Below are positions 46,296 to 59,530 of a stretch of DNA of 64,000 bases, one piece after another (the first letter of the stretch is position 1; each line of letters opens with the position of its first letter). A program made the position numbers and the translations under genes. This DNA is from Paragordius varius (lineage: Eukaryota; Animalia; Nematomorpha). Under the pieces are notes generated by a model. That model worked only from the letters and a program-made list of their open reading frames with translations, was not told where the DNA came from and made no database searches. The stretch is taken from positions 6,820,001-6,884,000 of the forward strand of contig OZ176050.1 of assembly GCA_964247055.1 (NCBI GenBank), given 5' to 3'.

Positions 46296-46838
46296 AATTA
46301 CGGAAACACTGCTAAACAAGGTTTTGCACCACCCCATTTTTTGCATTTTCTGTTACCTAATGGCATGGAAAGACCAAAACAAAAAAAATGAGGCCGCAAA
46401 TAGGATTTTTATTTAATTTTTTATTTTGATATATATATATATATATAGGAAAAATAACTCACGGAATAGCGATGTTAATACCCTTAAGAAAAAAACATTT
46501 GCTTAGAATTTCAACGCTGGTTTTTTAGGTATATATTTTAAATATTAGGCCCACATAAGTCTGAGGAATATAAAATATTAGACCAGGAGCTCGTAAAAAA
46601 AATCCATCGGATGGGTAAATTTATATATATAGTATCTAAAATGCCATGAAGCTCTATATAATCGATAAACATATTGAAAAATTTCCACTTATTTCCATAA
46701 CCAATCAAATAGGTGAGAGACCAACATAAAAAAATATGAAACAAGATATAACTCCCTAAACACTATAAGCATGAATGTTATATTTTATTTTAAATGCATA
46801 CAATAATTTATTAATATATTATTTTGGTATATCTATAA

Positions 46839-49800
46839 TCTACATATTTATAGAAATGGAAGGTGGTGGCTTTTTGATCTGTTTCCGGAAAACCGGTAGA
46901 CCCAAAATCCAAATCAAAAAAATATAATCATTAATGAATGCCCCGACAATAGCTTCGCCCTTTTTTGAATTAGGTCCCCAGTTCGGGTCCACCCCGTGTA
47001 AAAAACGGGTTTTTTTGAAAACAAGTCCACAAAAATCGTGTCTTTGAGACAATTTTCCCGAAAACGTGTTAAACCATTCGATTTCAAATAAGATTTTTTT
47101 TACTTATTTTTGATTGCTCGTTTTACCCGCTACCCCCGTAAAATGCCATTTTTTTCAAAAAACAAAGTCCACAAAAATAATTTTTTGATTCTATTTTTCG
47201 CCCAAGGTATGAGACAGTAAAATTATAATAAGGATTTTAAGTTTTGTTAAAAGGCAAAAATTTTAGTTAAGCGTTTCATTAATGATAACTGCTGGGTAAG
47301 GAGCTACCCGCAAAAAACTGACCTGTCATATCGAAATAGCGTGCTTTTGGGGCTAAATTTCGGAAATATCAAGCCATATGAGTTCTTTAGCTGCTCAAAG
47401 TATTACCTGTAAAAAGTTAAAAATTTAAGTCGAGCGGATTTTTCAAAATTAGCCATTAATTAGGCCCTTTACGCCCTGAAAAATGCGCCACCATAGAATA
47501 ATTTTTTAATTTTGAGGCAATTTTTCTGAAAACCGATGAGAGATATGGAATCAATCATGATTCCAGGTATTCTCCGTAAAAAGGCAAAATTTTAATCAAG
47601 CGCTTTTTTGTATCAGCCTCTGAGGAGCTACCCACCTACAACTGCGCCACCAAATCATAATTGCGTTGTTTAGGATTTAATTTTCAGAAAACTTATCAGG
47701 ATATATAAGTTTTCTAAGGGCCCGAAATATTACCCGTAAAAAGACAAAAATTGAAGTCAAGCGGTTTTTTAAGTTAGCGGGTAAATAGGCCCTTTCCTAA
47801 AAATGCGCTATCATTGAACCATTATTTAGTTTTGAAGACATTATTCCATAAACTATTAACCGCATATGGAATGAATGATTCCAGGTATTCCCATATAAAG
47901 GCAAAAAATATCGAATGTCTTTTTTATTAGGGAGCTACCCGCCTAAAACTGCGTCACCATATCTGCGTTGTTTAGGAGTTAAAAATCACGCCATATAAGT
48001 TTTATAAGAACCTGAAATTTTACCCATAAAAAGGCCACAAGCGGATTTTTTAAATTAGCGGTTAAATAGGCTCATGGTAGGGGGCTACCCGCGTAAAAAT
48101 TCATCACTATATCGATACAGCATGACTTTGGAGCCAAATTTAGAAAATTTTTGAGACTATATATGTGAGTTCAACAAGGGCCTTTATTACCCCTAAAACA
48201 AATATTTTAGTATAGGGCATTATTTCAATGAGTCGCTTGGAAAAGTTTTATGTTCTGAAATTCCGCCATAGAACAATTTTTTTTTGAGGCAATATTTCCA
48301 AGAATAGGAACATATCGACATTATAATATCAGATATTCCCTATATAAAGACAAAAACTTTGCCCGGCGCCTATTATACCTGCCTCTGGGTAAGAAGCTAC
48401 CCGCCAAAAACTGTTTACATCGAAATTGCGTTGTTTTGGAACTAATTTAAAACTTATGCCATATGAGCTCATTTAAAGTTCGAAATATTACCCGTAACTA
48501 GGTAAAAATTAAAGTCATGCCTTTTTTATTGGCCGTCAATTTGGGGCCTTTACACCCGTAAACAATATATTAGTAAGAATGCACCGTTTTGATGAGATCA
48601 TAGCTATTAAATAATGTTTCGAAAGAATCCACATATATGGATCATTTTATTTATCCCTTTTTTCAAATAGCCCCCCCCCCCCCCCACAAGTTGTTTGAAA
48701 CGCTTTATTTAATATTATTAATCTATATATTTATAAAAATGGAAAATGCTGGCTTTGTGATCTGGTACAGGAAAACCGGTAGACCCAATCAAATCCAAAT
48801 ATCGAAAAAATATAATCATTAATAAATGTCCCGACAATAGCTTCGCCCTTTTTTTGAAATAGGCCCCCAGTTCGGGCCCACCCCGTATGAAAAACGGGTT
48901 TTTTTGAAAACAGAAGTCCACGAAATCGTGTTTTTGAGACAATTTTCCGGAGAACGTGTTGTACCATTCAATTTCAAATATAATTTTTGTTTACTTATTT
49001 TCGATTGCGCCGAACATAGTCGAGCCACTTTTTTGATTTAGGCCCTCTTTTTACCCGCTCCCCCCGTAAAATGCCATTTTTTTCAAAAAACAAAGTCCAC
49101 AAAAATAATTTTCTAAATCGATTTTTCGCCCTCGGTATGAAACCGTAAAAATTCAATACAGATTCCACGTATTCCCTGTTAAAAGGCAAAAATTTTAGTC
49201 CACCGTTTATTTGATGATAGCTGCTGGGTAAGGAGCTACCCGCTAAAAACTGATTTTTCATATAACTTTGTGAACTGTTTCCGGAAAACCGGTGATCCCA
49301 ATCAAATCCAAATATCGAAAAAATATAATCATTAATGAATGCCCCGACAATAGCTTCGCCCTTTTTTGGAATTAGGTCCCCAGTTTGAACCCACCCCGTG
49401 TGAAAAATGGGTCAAGTCAATTTTTTGGAGAACGTGTTGGACCATTCATTTCAAATATGATTTTTGTTTACTTATTTTCGATTGCGCCGAACATAGTCGA
49501 GTCACTTTTTTGATTTAGGCCCTCTTTTTACCCGCTCCCCCCGTAAAATGCCATTTTTTCAAAAAAAAAACAAAGTCCACAGAAATATTTTTTTGATTGT
49601 ATTTTTTTGCCCACGGTATGAGACTGTAAAAATTCGAGAAAGATTTTTCATATTGCCTGTTAAAAGAGGCAAAAATTTTAGTCAGGCGTTTCTTTGATGA
49701 TAGCTGCTGAGTAAGGAGTATCTATCATATGTATAGCATGTTAAAAGATATATGGATGTTAAAACATTATTTATGGTAATCTATATATTTATAAAAATGG

Positions 49801-49913
49801 AAAATGCTGGCTTTGTGATCTGGTACAGGAAAACCGGTAGACCCATTCAAATCCAAACTTCGAACCCCCCCCAGAAGTCCGAAGGACTTCCTCGGGCTGC
49901 GTAGCAGCACGAG
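46839..49913 (+). mobile_element. Head-to-tail array of non-autonomous Helitron units (starts at about 46839, 48722, ~49270 partial, and 49780 mini)
   Basis: Repeated TCTATATATTTATAAAAATGGAAAATGCTGG 5' ends with shared internal sequence. The last unit has the CTCGGGCTGC/GCAGCACGAG hairpin but lacks CTAG. Confidence 0.8.
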
Positions 49914-50089
49914 TTTTATATATAATAACTCTTTATTAGAAAATTTCTGTCTATTTTCTCTTGTTGAACCCACCTCAAAATTGCGATTAGGGGATCATTT
50001 TTTCAGATTCAATTTTAAAACACTGAAATTAGTCTAAATTTAAGTGGTGGTCCTCGAAAGAGTCCAAATTTTTCACTAGTGTAATTTAT

Positions 50090-51570
50090 AATCATATACG
50101 CATCCTAAATCAGTTGAAATTGTGCTTTAAGGTTATCTAAAGACAAGTATTTTTGCGAAACTACTGTTCACCTTCATTAGATTTAAGGAATGGGATCAAT
50201 ACTTATTATCTAGCATATTTTATTTAATATTCATATGGAACTATATTGGTTTTTGTTATTGAACCTATCCTGGATTTATTTTAATTTGTTAATATTAAAA
50301 AACAATAAGGTTTTTTTGCTTACAACAAATATTTAAATTAAAATTTAATAAAATTATCTTAACATCTCTCGTCAAAACAAAAAGCACTTTAGCCTTATAT
50401 TAACAAATATATATGCTATATCTGTTAAGAATCCGCCATATGCATAAAGCGGTAATTATATTAGTAAAGCGGGCCGACTTAATGCCTTCTGGCCTAAGCG
50501 CTGGCAAATTACCTTTTAATCATAAATTTTATAACTTCACCATACGCCTTTTGATTGATTGGTTGGTTATTCCTAAGTCGTAAACGACTTTTTGGATATA
50601 GTTTTCACTATAGATTTCCACTTATTCCTAGCTTTTCTTACTATCTTTTACCACTACCTTTTTCTTTGGTTTTTTAATAAGATGTTTTTGTGAAATAGTG
50701 TCATTTTAGTTTTTATGTAATTCCCGCAGTCATTGGTGTTCAAGCTGTTAGTTAGATTAAATTATAAAGGTTTAATTTTTTAATAATCATAGTTATTATT
50801 GTTATGTATATTTTTGTTTTTATCGTTAATTTTAGTTTAATTTTGGCATTCAGGAGGTTGTGATCGGAGCCGCAATCTACATCTAATGTTTTGACATTTG
50901 AGAAAGAATTTTCCCTATGTTGTCCAGTAATATAATCGATTTGGTTTCTTGTCTTTTGATCTGGGCAGGAATAGAGTTTCCTCTTAGGTGAAGAAAAGTA
51001 GGTTTGATATAAATAAATTGATGTTGATACAAAAATTAATTAAAATTTCTCACTGGCGTTAAGCTCGCCACAACAGACCCTTGGTATTGAGTAGATCCCA
51101 ATTTTTGCATTTAAATCCCCCAAGATAATTGAAAAGTCTTTTTTTACTTCTGATGTTGCAGATTGTAGATGGGAGTAAAATTTTAATATAGTATCTTTAT
51201 CTGAGGTGCTTGTAGGTGCGTAGGCCTGTATAGATATCGATTGATTTGGTAGAGAGGCGGATTGATATAATTCTGTCAGAATGCGGTTTGTATAAATCCG
51301 CGTTGTTGGAAATTTGCTGGGTCATTAAGAAACCTCCGACATTTTTCTTGGCTCCCGTGTTACCCGAATGGTAAAGAAAAACTCATTATGCATATAAATA
51401 CCTTGATCTTTCCAATGGGTCTCGCTGGTCCAATTATTAAGATGTTTTTATTTTCCATGGAATTTTTTAGAAGGTGGATTCCATAATTTAAACCATGGAC
51501 ATTTAGTGTAGCTATATTGTTATAATTACTTGCTAGATTTGTTAAAAGGTTGTTTCTTGGTTTCATGGGA
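50090..51570 (-). mobile_element. Decayed RTE-clade LINE fragment (AP endonuclease and start of RT)
   Basis: Minus-strand peptides NIATLNVHGL, QAYAPTSTS, ILGDLNAKIG, NQIDYI and GSDHNLL, plus a broken IPxxK...RT start. Confidence 0.8.
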
Positions 51571-52828
51571 TAAGATTGTGGTTAAATCAGAGGGATGTAA
51601 TATAAAATATGGAATATTTATGGATGAATAAAGAGGTTGTGTTGTTATGCGTTAAATATTTAGGATGCTTTTTAGTTGAATATGTTTAGTGTGAAATACA
51701 ACTGTAGTGTGATAGATTTAAATGGGTTATTATGTTCGTTTTTTAGAATTTAAGATAAAAAATTCGTTTTTATTTGTCCACAAAATCATGAAGGCAAGAT
51801 AAAAAGTAATTTTAAAAATATCTATCATTTTCAAATTTTTCGTCGTAAGCTCTAGTCCCAAATTTTCCGACCACTTTAAATTGGGCTAGTTTTCTGAACC
51901 CAGATCACACCATGAGAAATCTAATATATATGATTGGCATGGCATAAAATAAAGTTAAAAATGATACTTAACATTGAAAATTATTAGTGAAATTTTAATG
52001 GACATAATTTGATAATGCTGATCATTTCTATCGAATATCTATATTAAGCATTGTTCTCATATATTAGATAAAATATTTTTTACAATTTTGTGATTTCTAG
52101 AGGCTGAATTTGGGACAGCTCCAAAAGAGGATTAAAACAAAATGGCATTAAAATATATCATGTTTTGCTGGTAAATGCAGCCTAAAGCTTTTGAAGTCCT
52201 GTTGCATAGATTTTAAAAAAATGCAAAACAAGGAGATGAGGAATTGTTTTCAATTAAAAATTTTTTGAAAAATTTTTTTGAAAATTTTTTTTATATAATG
52301 CGCTTAAAAGGCTAAAGAAAGCATATTTTTCTACTTTTTTAATATATTCAAATAATCGCTCTGGAATATAAAACTACTTTAAAAGGTGATGGAGTGTTAA
52401 AAAGTATGATATTGCGTATTTATCCTGTTTCCACCTTCCTTCAAAATACCATGAAGCATATCAACAAAATTTTATAAAATTTGGGTTTTAAAGCAAAGCA
52501 TGCATTTTTTTAAAAAAATTCTTTTTTGATGTCATAAACTAGAAAATATTTTAAATTGTTGTCGCGGAATCTCCCCATTTTTTGTTTATTTAAGCCTGGG
52601 GTCCAAAGGTGTGCGAATTTCTGAGTTACATTTAAATTGTTATGTTTAACACTTTATTACATTTTATTTTGCACTCGATGACATTTTAAGTGGTTTTCTA
52701 CCCCAGAGCTTAATATAAAAAACAAACTACTGTTTGAATCATATTTTGGCAAAAATTTATTTACCAAACCCTTTTCTCTTGATATGGATATAAAAGCTTA
52801 AACTTTTAGACTTTTTTAAATTCCAGAG

Positions 52829-53122
52829 CAGAGGTCCAAAACAAATGGCTTCGCGGGCCGCATTTATAAATCAATAAATCCTCAGACCGCATTCGTAAAA
52901 TATATGGGCATTAACAAATATTTTGTCAGATTTTACAGACTGGAAAAATCACTATTTATTTATAATTTTTTGCTGGTTCACAACCTAAATTCGTAATTAT
53001 TCAGAAAATATGTTTAAAATAATGAATTTTGCTTTGGTTCAATTTGTATTTAATTTCTCGCGGACTGCAGAATTTTTTGGAGTGCCACATGCGGCCTATT
53101 GGCCGTCTGGTGGACACCCCTG
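52829..53122. mobile_element. hAT-like MITE
   Basis: CAGAGGTCCAAAAC...GGACACCCCTG termini; GCGGGCCGCA subterminal motif. Confidence 0.5.
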
Positions 53123-53926
53123 TTTTATAATCGCAAAACTAAATAGCTCCAAACACCATGGTAACGAATAGCTGATTTTATCAATGAATATCAAAAATTT
53201 GCTTGTAAATTGTAATTTAGAAGCTTTCGAAAGATATTTATATTTTTCTACCGATATAAGTATATTTGCCTTTTGTATTTACGATTTATAAAATAAATAA
53301 AATAAAATGACTGTGAAAAAGTGTGAGATTAATTTTTTACATTTACATTTTTTAGAAAGAAAATTCGTATCATGCGCCTAAAAGGGTAAAGAAATCCTAT
53401 TTTTAATTTAGCCTAATGCTAATATATTTTTTAAGCTATTTAATTTTAAAATTGCCCGGGTATAAAAAATAAACCTAGAGGTATTTAAGTGTTAAATATT
53501 GTTTATGATAATGATATTTATGAAAAGAAGTATCTAGCTTTCCCTAAAAATTTTCCTATAATGAGCTTTTGTGATATTAATATGTTGGCAAATGACTGTT
53601 AACATTTCTCTACCTAAAACTAAATGGACCATGAAAAATCTTATATATTTTTTGGTCAAAATAGATATATTTACAGGATTTTTGTTTGTGTGATGAATAG
53701 AGATAAGAAATAGTATTATAATTTAAAATTATTTACTTATATTTAAGGTTTGTCTTTATTAAATCAAAAATAAATCTGATACCATCCCTTTGTTAAATAA
53801 GCAAAACGGGCATTAATCTCATCAACAATTTGAGTTTGGCATACGGTATATATTTTATGTATACATTCATATATTGGGCTTATATAACAGCTTGATTCTT
53901 TGTTTGATTAAGATAAATAATTATTT

Positions 53927-56900
53927 ATGGGTTGTTGTACAAGTTCCAATTCACGAACAAGAGAAACATTAACGACTACATCACGTTATATTTTATTTAA
54001 TTTTAAGCGATTGGGAAAAATAGGCCACTTAAAAGAAAACCTATAAAATGGACATACAATCCGAAAAAAAATTGTCCAGTAGTTACTCACGTAGGTGGGG
54101 GATCAATTAATGGACAATTAACACTTAGTCAACTTAAACGCATTAGAGCAGAATTTTGGGACACTGCTCCCGCTTTTGAGGGCAGAAAAGAGATTTGGGA
54201 CGCACTTAAGGCTTCGGCTGAAGCGATAGAAACAGATAATGATTATAGTTTAGCGCAGGCAATACTTGATGGCGCAAATATTACGATACCGAGAGGTTTT
54301 AATATATTTATATTTAATTTATTTTGCACGCAAAAAATTATTTAATGTAAATTTTTTTCATAAGTTTTTTTTCAGCCTTAAGGGTTTACCATGCAAAAAG
54401 TTTGATATAAATAGTTAATTAATATTTGCTTTATAAGTATGCATTGTTTTTAAAAATAAATAGTTTAAATCCCTTTTTATATATGCTTTGATTCTTGTTT
54501 CAAAATTTTTATTATTTTTAATGATGCAATTCTAAAATTATTATTATTATATGATATTATTATATAAAAATTGTTGTTACAATATAATCATTCAAGTAAT
54601 TTTGCTCCATACTGACACTGTCACGGGTCGCTCTGACTTAGTCGACAATATCAATAGTAAATCTATGATTGTTTTTTCAATAAACAGAAAAATATTTTAA
54701 AGATTTAGTGATAGTTTTATTTGAAATCGCTTTTAACAAAGGGTGGGACCCTAACCACGTGCTATAAAAAACTATTATGTTAATGAGGCTATTTTACATA
54801 CAGTTCATTAGATAATTGGCCTTGGCCGTTAGCGCAGTTTCATTCCCCAACCAACATCGCGGGGGTTGACCAAATAGGAAAGAGCTTGATCATTAATGAA
54901 TTTATATTTCTTCATTATTTTTTGAACAAGACTTCTATGCCACGTTATTTTTATATAGCGAATTTAACATAGGATGTGGCCCCAACAATGCGCTAATTTT
55001 TCAAAAAAAAACTCTTGACCAAAATTTTTGCTAAATGCAAATATTGAATCTATAAAGTTTCACGTCCTTTTTGAAAATATTTTTATTAATATGTAACATA
55101 AAATCTTTTTATTTTTTCCTAGGCACATTAACAGAATGTTACGATGAATTGGGTAACCGGTACAAGGTACCTCTTTACTGCCTCGCTCCACCCACAAACT
55201 TAGCGCCCAGCCCTCAACATGTTTCAACAGGTGCTTTACAATCATCAACATCGTCTACACACAGTAAAAATATCTCATATATCATAATAAATAATTTTTT
55301 TCCCTTTGATTTATGTTAAAGAGGTCTAATTATAAATAACTCTTAAATTGTTAAAATTTGATATTGAACATATAGTTTACATATATGTCCCATTGGTTAT
55401 AAAAAATTAAATATCTATAAATATTATTAACTCTCAAATTAATGTTTCTATTTTTGTTTTTTGGTTCGATGTTTTATAAAGCTGCCATCAAACTTTATAT
55501 AATCCGAGTTTAATTTATTTATTAATAACTCTTAAAACAATTATTCGGTTGGGTCTTTTTTTACACATTTAATCAACCTTTTAATTTACTACATCTTTAA
55601 AAATTTGTTCAATTTAGTTTTCTTTCGTGACAAACATCTATAATAATTTTCTTTAAATATTTTAATATCTTACACAATAAATGTTTGCTATAGTATGTGA
55701 TATTATTAATTTGAAATGATCATTTAAAAATTTCATACGTTATAGCCATTTTCTATCCATATCAGTCCCAAATATTTAATTTTATTTACTTAAATACAGC
55801 CATTGCTCAAGTGTCTAGGGATATATCACAAATCGGCAACTCATCCCCACACACGAATGATTTTAGGCATTCAAGTAATTTTTTAATTTAAAAAAAATGC
55901 ATTTGAATAATTGGCACAATTATCAAAAAATGTACAAAAAGAAAAAAGCATACAATTGGATATTTTTATTAACCATTCTTCGTTTAAACTTTTAAAATAT
56001 TTTATGCACAGTCGTATTTACTCAGCTATTCATTAATGCTTGGGTACTTTTCCCTTTGGGTTTTTTCTACTTAACAGTCATTTTTATATTTTTACTAATC
56101 ATATTTTGTTTTTACGGTAAACTGTATGGTACATCTAATTATCTATCTATATATAATTTTGGAGTTTTACTAAAATCCATATTAGATAATTATGGCGATT
56201 CTCTCAATAGTGGCATTAATAATACAGTATCTCAAGTCCCAATTTTTAACGAAAATCAATCTCCGTTAAATGGCAATCAAAATCGCCTCATCAACACATA
56301 CAATGTAACTGTAAATCGTGATGGATCTAACACATTAGCTTACATTAAATCAAACATTATACATAAACATTTAGTATGTCCTTTTAAAAAAATTTCGATG
56401 GGATGTATCTAAATATTTTGTCGAAATATAAACAATATATTAAGTATATTAACAAAAACTGGAGAATATAAAATTAAATTTTAGAAATATCGCATAATAT
56501 ACCTCAAGAGTAGGAATATATAAAATTTTTAAAATATATAAATAATATATGAATACAAATGTATTAACAAATTTTTCTTAAAAAATTAAAGATTTTCATT
56601 ACATTTATACATGTTATTAACGTTGGATTATAAAGCTGATGTAATCATTTTTTAATAACTTCAAATACTATTTATAGAAGACTAATCAGTTTATTCACAA
56701 ATTTTAACATATTCCGAAAGCATATCATAACCTAATATATAATTTGAGTCTGATTCCAAACTTACAAATTGACCTCAATTTATGATAATCAATATAATGT
56801 TTGTTTTTAGGTACAACCCATTGTTAGCGCTTTGCGACGCAATAAACTTTGGCCTCAACAACACATCTCCTCATCACTATTGATGAGCTCAACTATAAAC

Positions 56901-59178
56901 GATCATATCAATAATATCAATCAAACCTTGGTCCCTAATACAACAAATGGAACCGTAAATCGCATTAGAAATCCACATCATTGCGAAGATTCACAAAATA
57001 TAGAATCTCTCCCGGCGGGAACTGTAAACAAAACTATTCCTAGATCCCAACAAAATAGTCTTAGCGCTAATAACCAATCGGTAATAACACCTGAAAATCG
57101 TGTCATCAATAATAATAATAATAATAATGGCCAATCATCTATTTTTGGTTCCACCGTATCTCAATTATTTTCATCGGGAAACGGTAGCGGTCCTTTGTCT
57201 AAAAGGGTAAAATGTATCACAACTAGGCATGGAATAATTTTACATGCCAATGCAAGAAGAGATGAAATAACTAAATCCAAATCACAAAAACATAACTCTA
57301 CGATATATGCAAGTAAATTTATAAACTATTTTTTATATTTTTAAAAAATTATTAAGTTTAATCCATAGGAGTTTATTGTATTTTCTAGTAAAATGTGTGT
57401 AAGTCGATTATTATATCTTTTGTGCAAATATTACCATATAAAAATTATTTGAAAGGCCATTTATATACATATTCCCGTCTATATAAATTTTTAAAATGTA
57501 ATTTTTTGGTTGTTTAATTTTTTATTATCTTAATGACTTAGTTAATGAATATACCAATGCTGCTGTTTCTGAGGATGGTACGCTACAACAAACTCCAATC
57601 GTTCAAACGAAATGTATTTCACTCAAAATTAGGATCGGTACTATATACATTAATATAATTTATAAATGCAAAATTCGTTGAAAACCCAAAATCTGTTTAA
57701 TTTTACAAAATCCTCATTTAAATAATTTAAGCACATGTATATTAATGCGTGTGTCTATGTTGTAGGAACATCTGGTCAAGATGTGGAGTTAAATTGCAAA
57801 ACGACTGATACAGTCTTGGAGGCCAAACGAAAATTGGCTAAATTGATTCTATCAACGCTTATTACCCCATCTTTACGTGCAAATGGAAATGGTGTTGTTT
57901 CACACAAGTCACTAATGAATAATAATAATGCAGATAATCCTAGCAATAATACTAAAAAGGCAGCTTTACACCAAACTAGCAATAACAACAATTATAGTAG
58001 ATTTAAATCACGAAATCAAATATCGTGCAGTTTTATAGATAATGTCCCAGCCCTAGAGGAGTTCCTCAGAAAAGTTGGAGATCAACGCACAAGGGATATG
58101 CTTCAACAACGATACGCAAACATGGATAAAATGGAAATCGATAATAAAAAAGATTGTTCTCACACATTTTCTCCACCTCTCAAACAACACACTTGTGATA
58201 ATAATTTGGAAAAAGGTATTTTTATCAAAAAGGCTGTAGTTTTAAAATAATTCCATTTTTCTATTTTTGCATTTTGGCAGAGTTTACCAAACATGATTAT
58301 TAAAGCTTTTAAATTTATTTAATTTTCCAGTCTGCAATATATACCATTTACAGTTCAAATTCACCCTTGAACAATTCATATTCACCCTCGAACAATTCAA
58401 ATTCACCCTTGAACAATTCATATTCACCCTCGAACAATTCAAATTCACCCTCAAATAAATAACATGTTTTTTAAGATTAAAAATTACCTATATTTTAGTT
58501 TATTTTTAAAAAATATAATTTTGTTTTAAATTAAAATAATATTGAAAAAATAATAAATATGCCATAAAGATATATTTTATATTAATAATGAGTTATATTA
58601 GTTCGAAAACACATAATTTTTTTTAGGGTGAATTTGAATTGTTCGAGGGTGAATTCGAATTGTTTAAGGGTGAATTTGAATTAAGGTGAATTTGAATTGT
58701 TGGGTGAATTTGAATTGAAATGGTATATTTTTATATATGAAGTATCCATTTATATAAAATGCTTATAACTAACTAACTAGATTTAAATGATTCCCCACAT
58801 AAAGATAAACCCAACGAGGGTCTACCGACGACAGTTGAATCTGTTATTCATTTAGAAAAAGAATTAAATAGTACTACCTTAAAAGATGATGAATCGTTAC
58901 AAGTTGCGGAGAAAAAATGTGTTGAGATAATTGAAGAAAATGACAATAATAAAAAGTCAATAAGTAGTGTTAATTATAGCACACCAATTAATCAAGAACA
59001 AATGGGTATGCCCTTTAACACATCATCATCTTCACTGCAAGTATCGAAGCGCACAGTTAACACTTTAGCCAATGTACAGAAATGGCTGTTAGCGGGAAAA
59101 ATTTTGAATAATAAAATGACTCTAGAACAAGTTCAAATACCTAAAGGCTTTGTAATCCAAGTAGCATTGTGTTTTTGA
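53927..59178 (+). CDS. UBTD2: Ubiquitin domain-containing protein UBTD1/2 (DC-UbP) orthologue, greatly expanded (about 731 aa)
   Basis: Exons 53927-53984, 54008-54295, 55123-55263, 55800-55874, 56186-56373, 56811-57312, 57542-57637, 57766-58215 and 58781-59178 (2196 nt). Motifs: MGCC N-terminus, [43 protein letters not shown], and a C-terminal UBL in two halves. The sequence cannot distinguish UBTD1 from UBTD2. Confidence 0.9.
53985..54007 (+). other. 23-nt intron (UBTD intron 1), GTTATATTTTATTTAATTTTAAG
   Basis: Needed to put the MGCC start in frame with [10 protein letters not shown]; the unspliced frame stops at about 54045. Confidence 0.88.
58342..58725. mobile_element. TACCATTT-family MITE with inverted 21-bp repeats (TTCACCCTTGAACAATTCAAA-like) in a UBTD intron
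   Basis: Inverted termini and mirrored tandem repeats are directly visible. Confidence 0.7.
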
Positions 59179-59530
59179 GTATTATTTTCACATATCTGCA
59201 CGAAAACAATATTTGAAACTAAACTAATTCATGATTTTTGTGGAAACCTTGAATATAATTTTATTAGCGATCGCATTTAATTTTTTTATTTATTTAATAT
59301 ATGAAGTATCTTAATGGACACACTAATATACACTATTTTATATTTTTGAAATAATGGTATTTGCAATCACTAATAAATTGAATATCTTAAAAGTTTTAAT
59401 AGATTACACAATTTTTTATTGTTTACGCAAATGTTGATAAATATAATTTTATATTGAATAAAGATATTCAGCGTATTACAAATATTTACATATACATAAA
59501 AGATTGTATATAAATAAATATGATGATTAT

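Noticed and set aside
46449-46648. Plus-strand mini-exons with 20-nt and 18-nt GT-AG segments (NFNAGFLGPHKSEEYK...)
   Set aside because: No compatible upstream exon, an early stop and no recognisable homology; such segments arise by chance in AT-rich DNA. Not fully excluded.
54820-54880. GC-richer intronic stretch with a tRNA A-box-like start (GGCCGTTAGCGCAGT)
   Set aside because: No B-box or cloverleaf and no second copy, so it cannot be supported as a tRNA, SINE or snoRNA.
58342-58725. CRISPR-like look of the 21-bp repeats
   Set aside because: They are tandem with no unique spacers, mirrored within a MITE, and there are no cas genes in this eukaryotic context.
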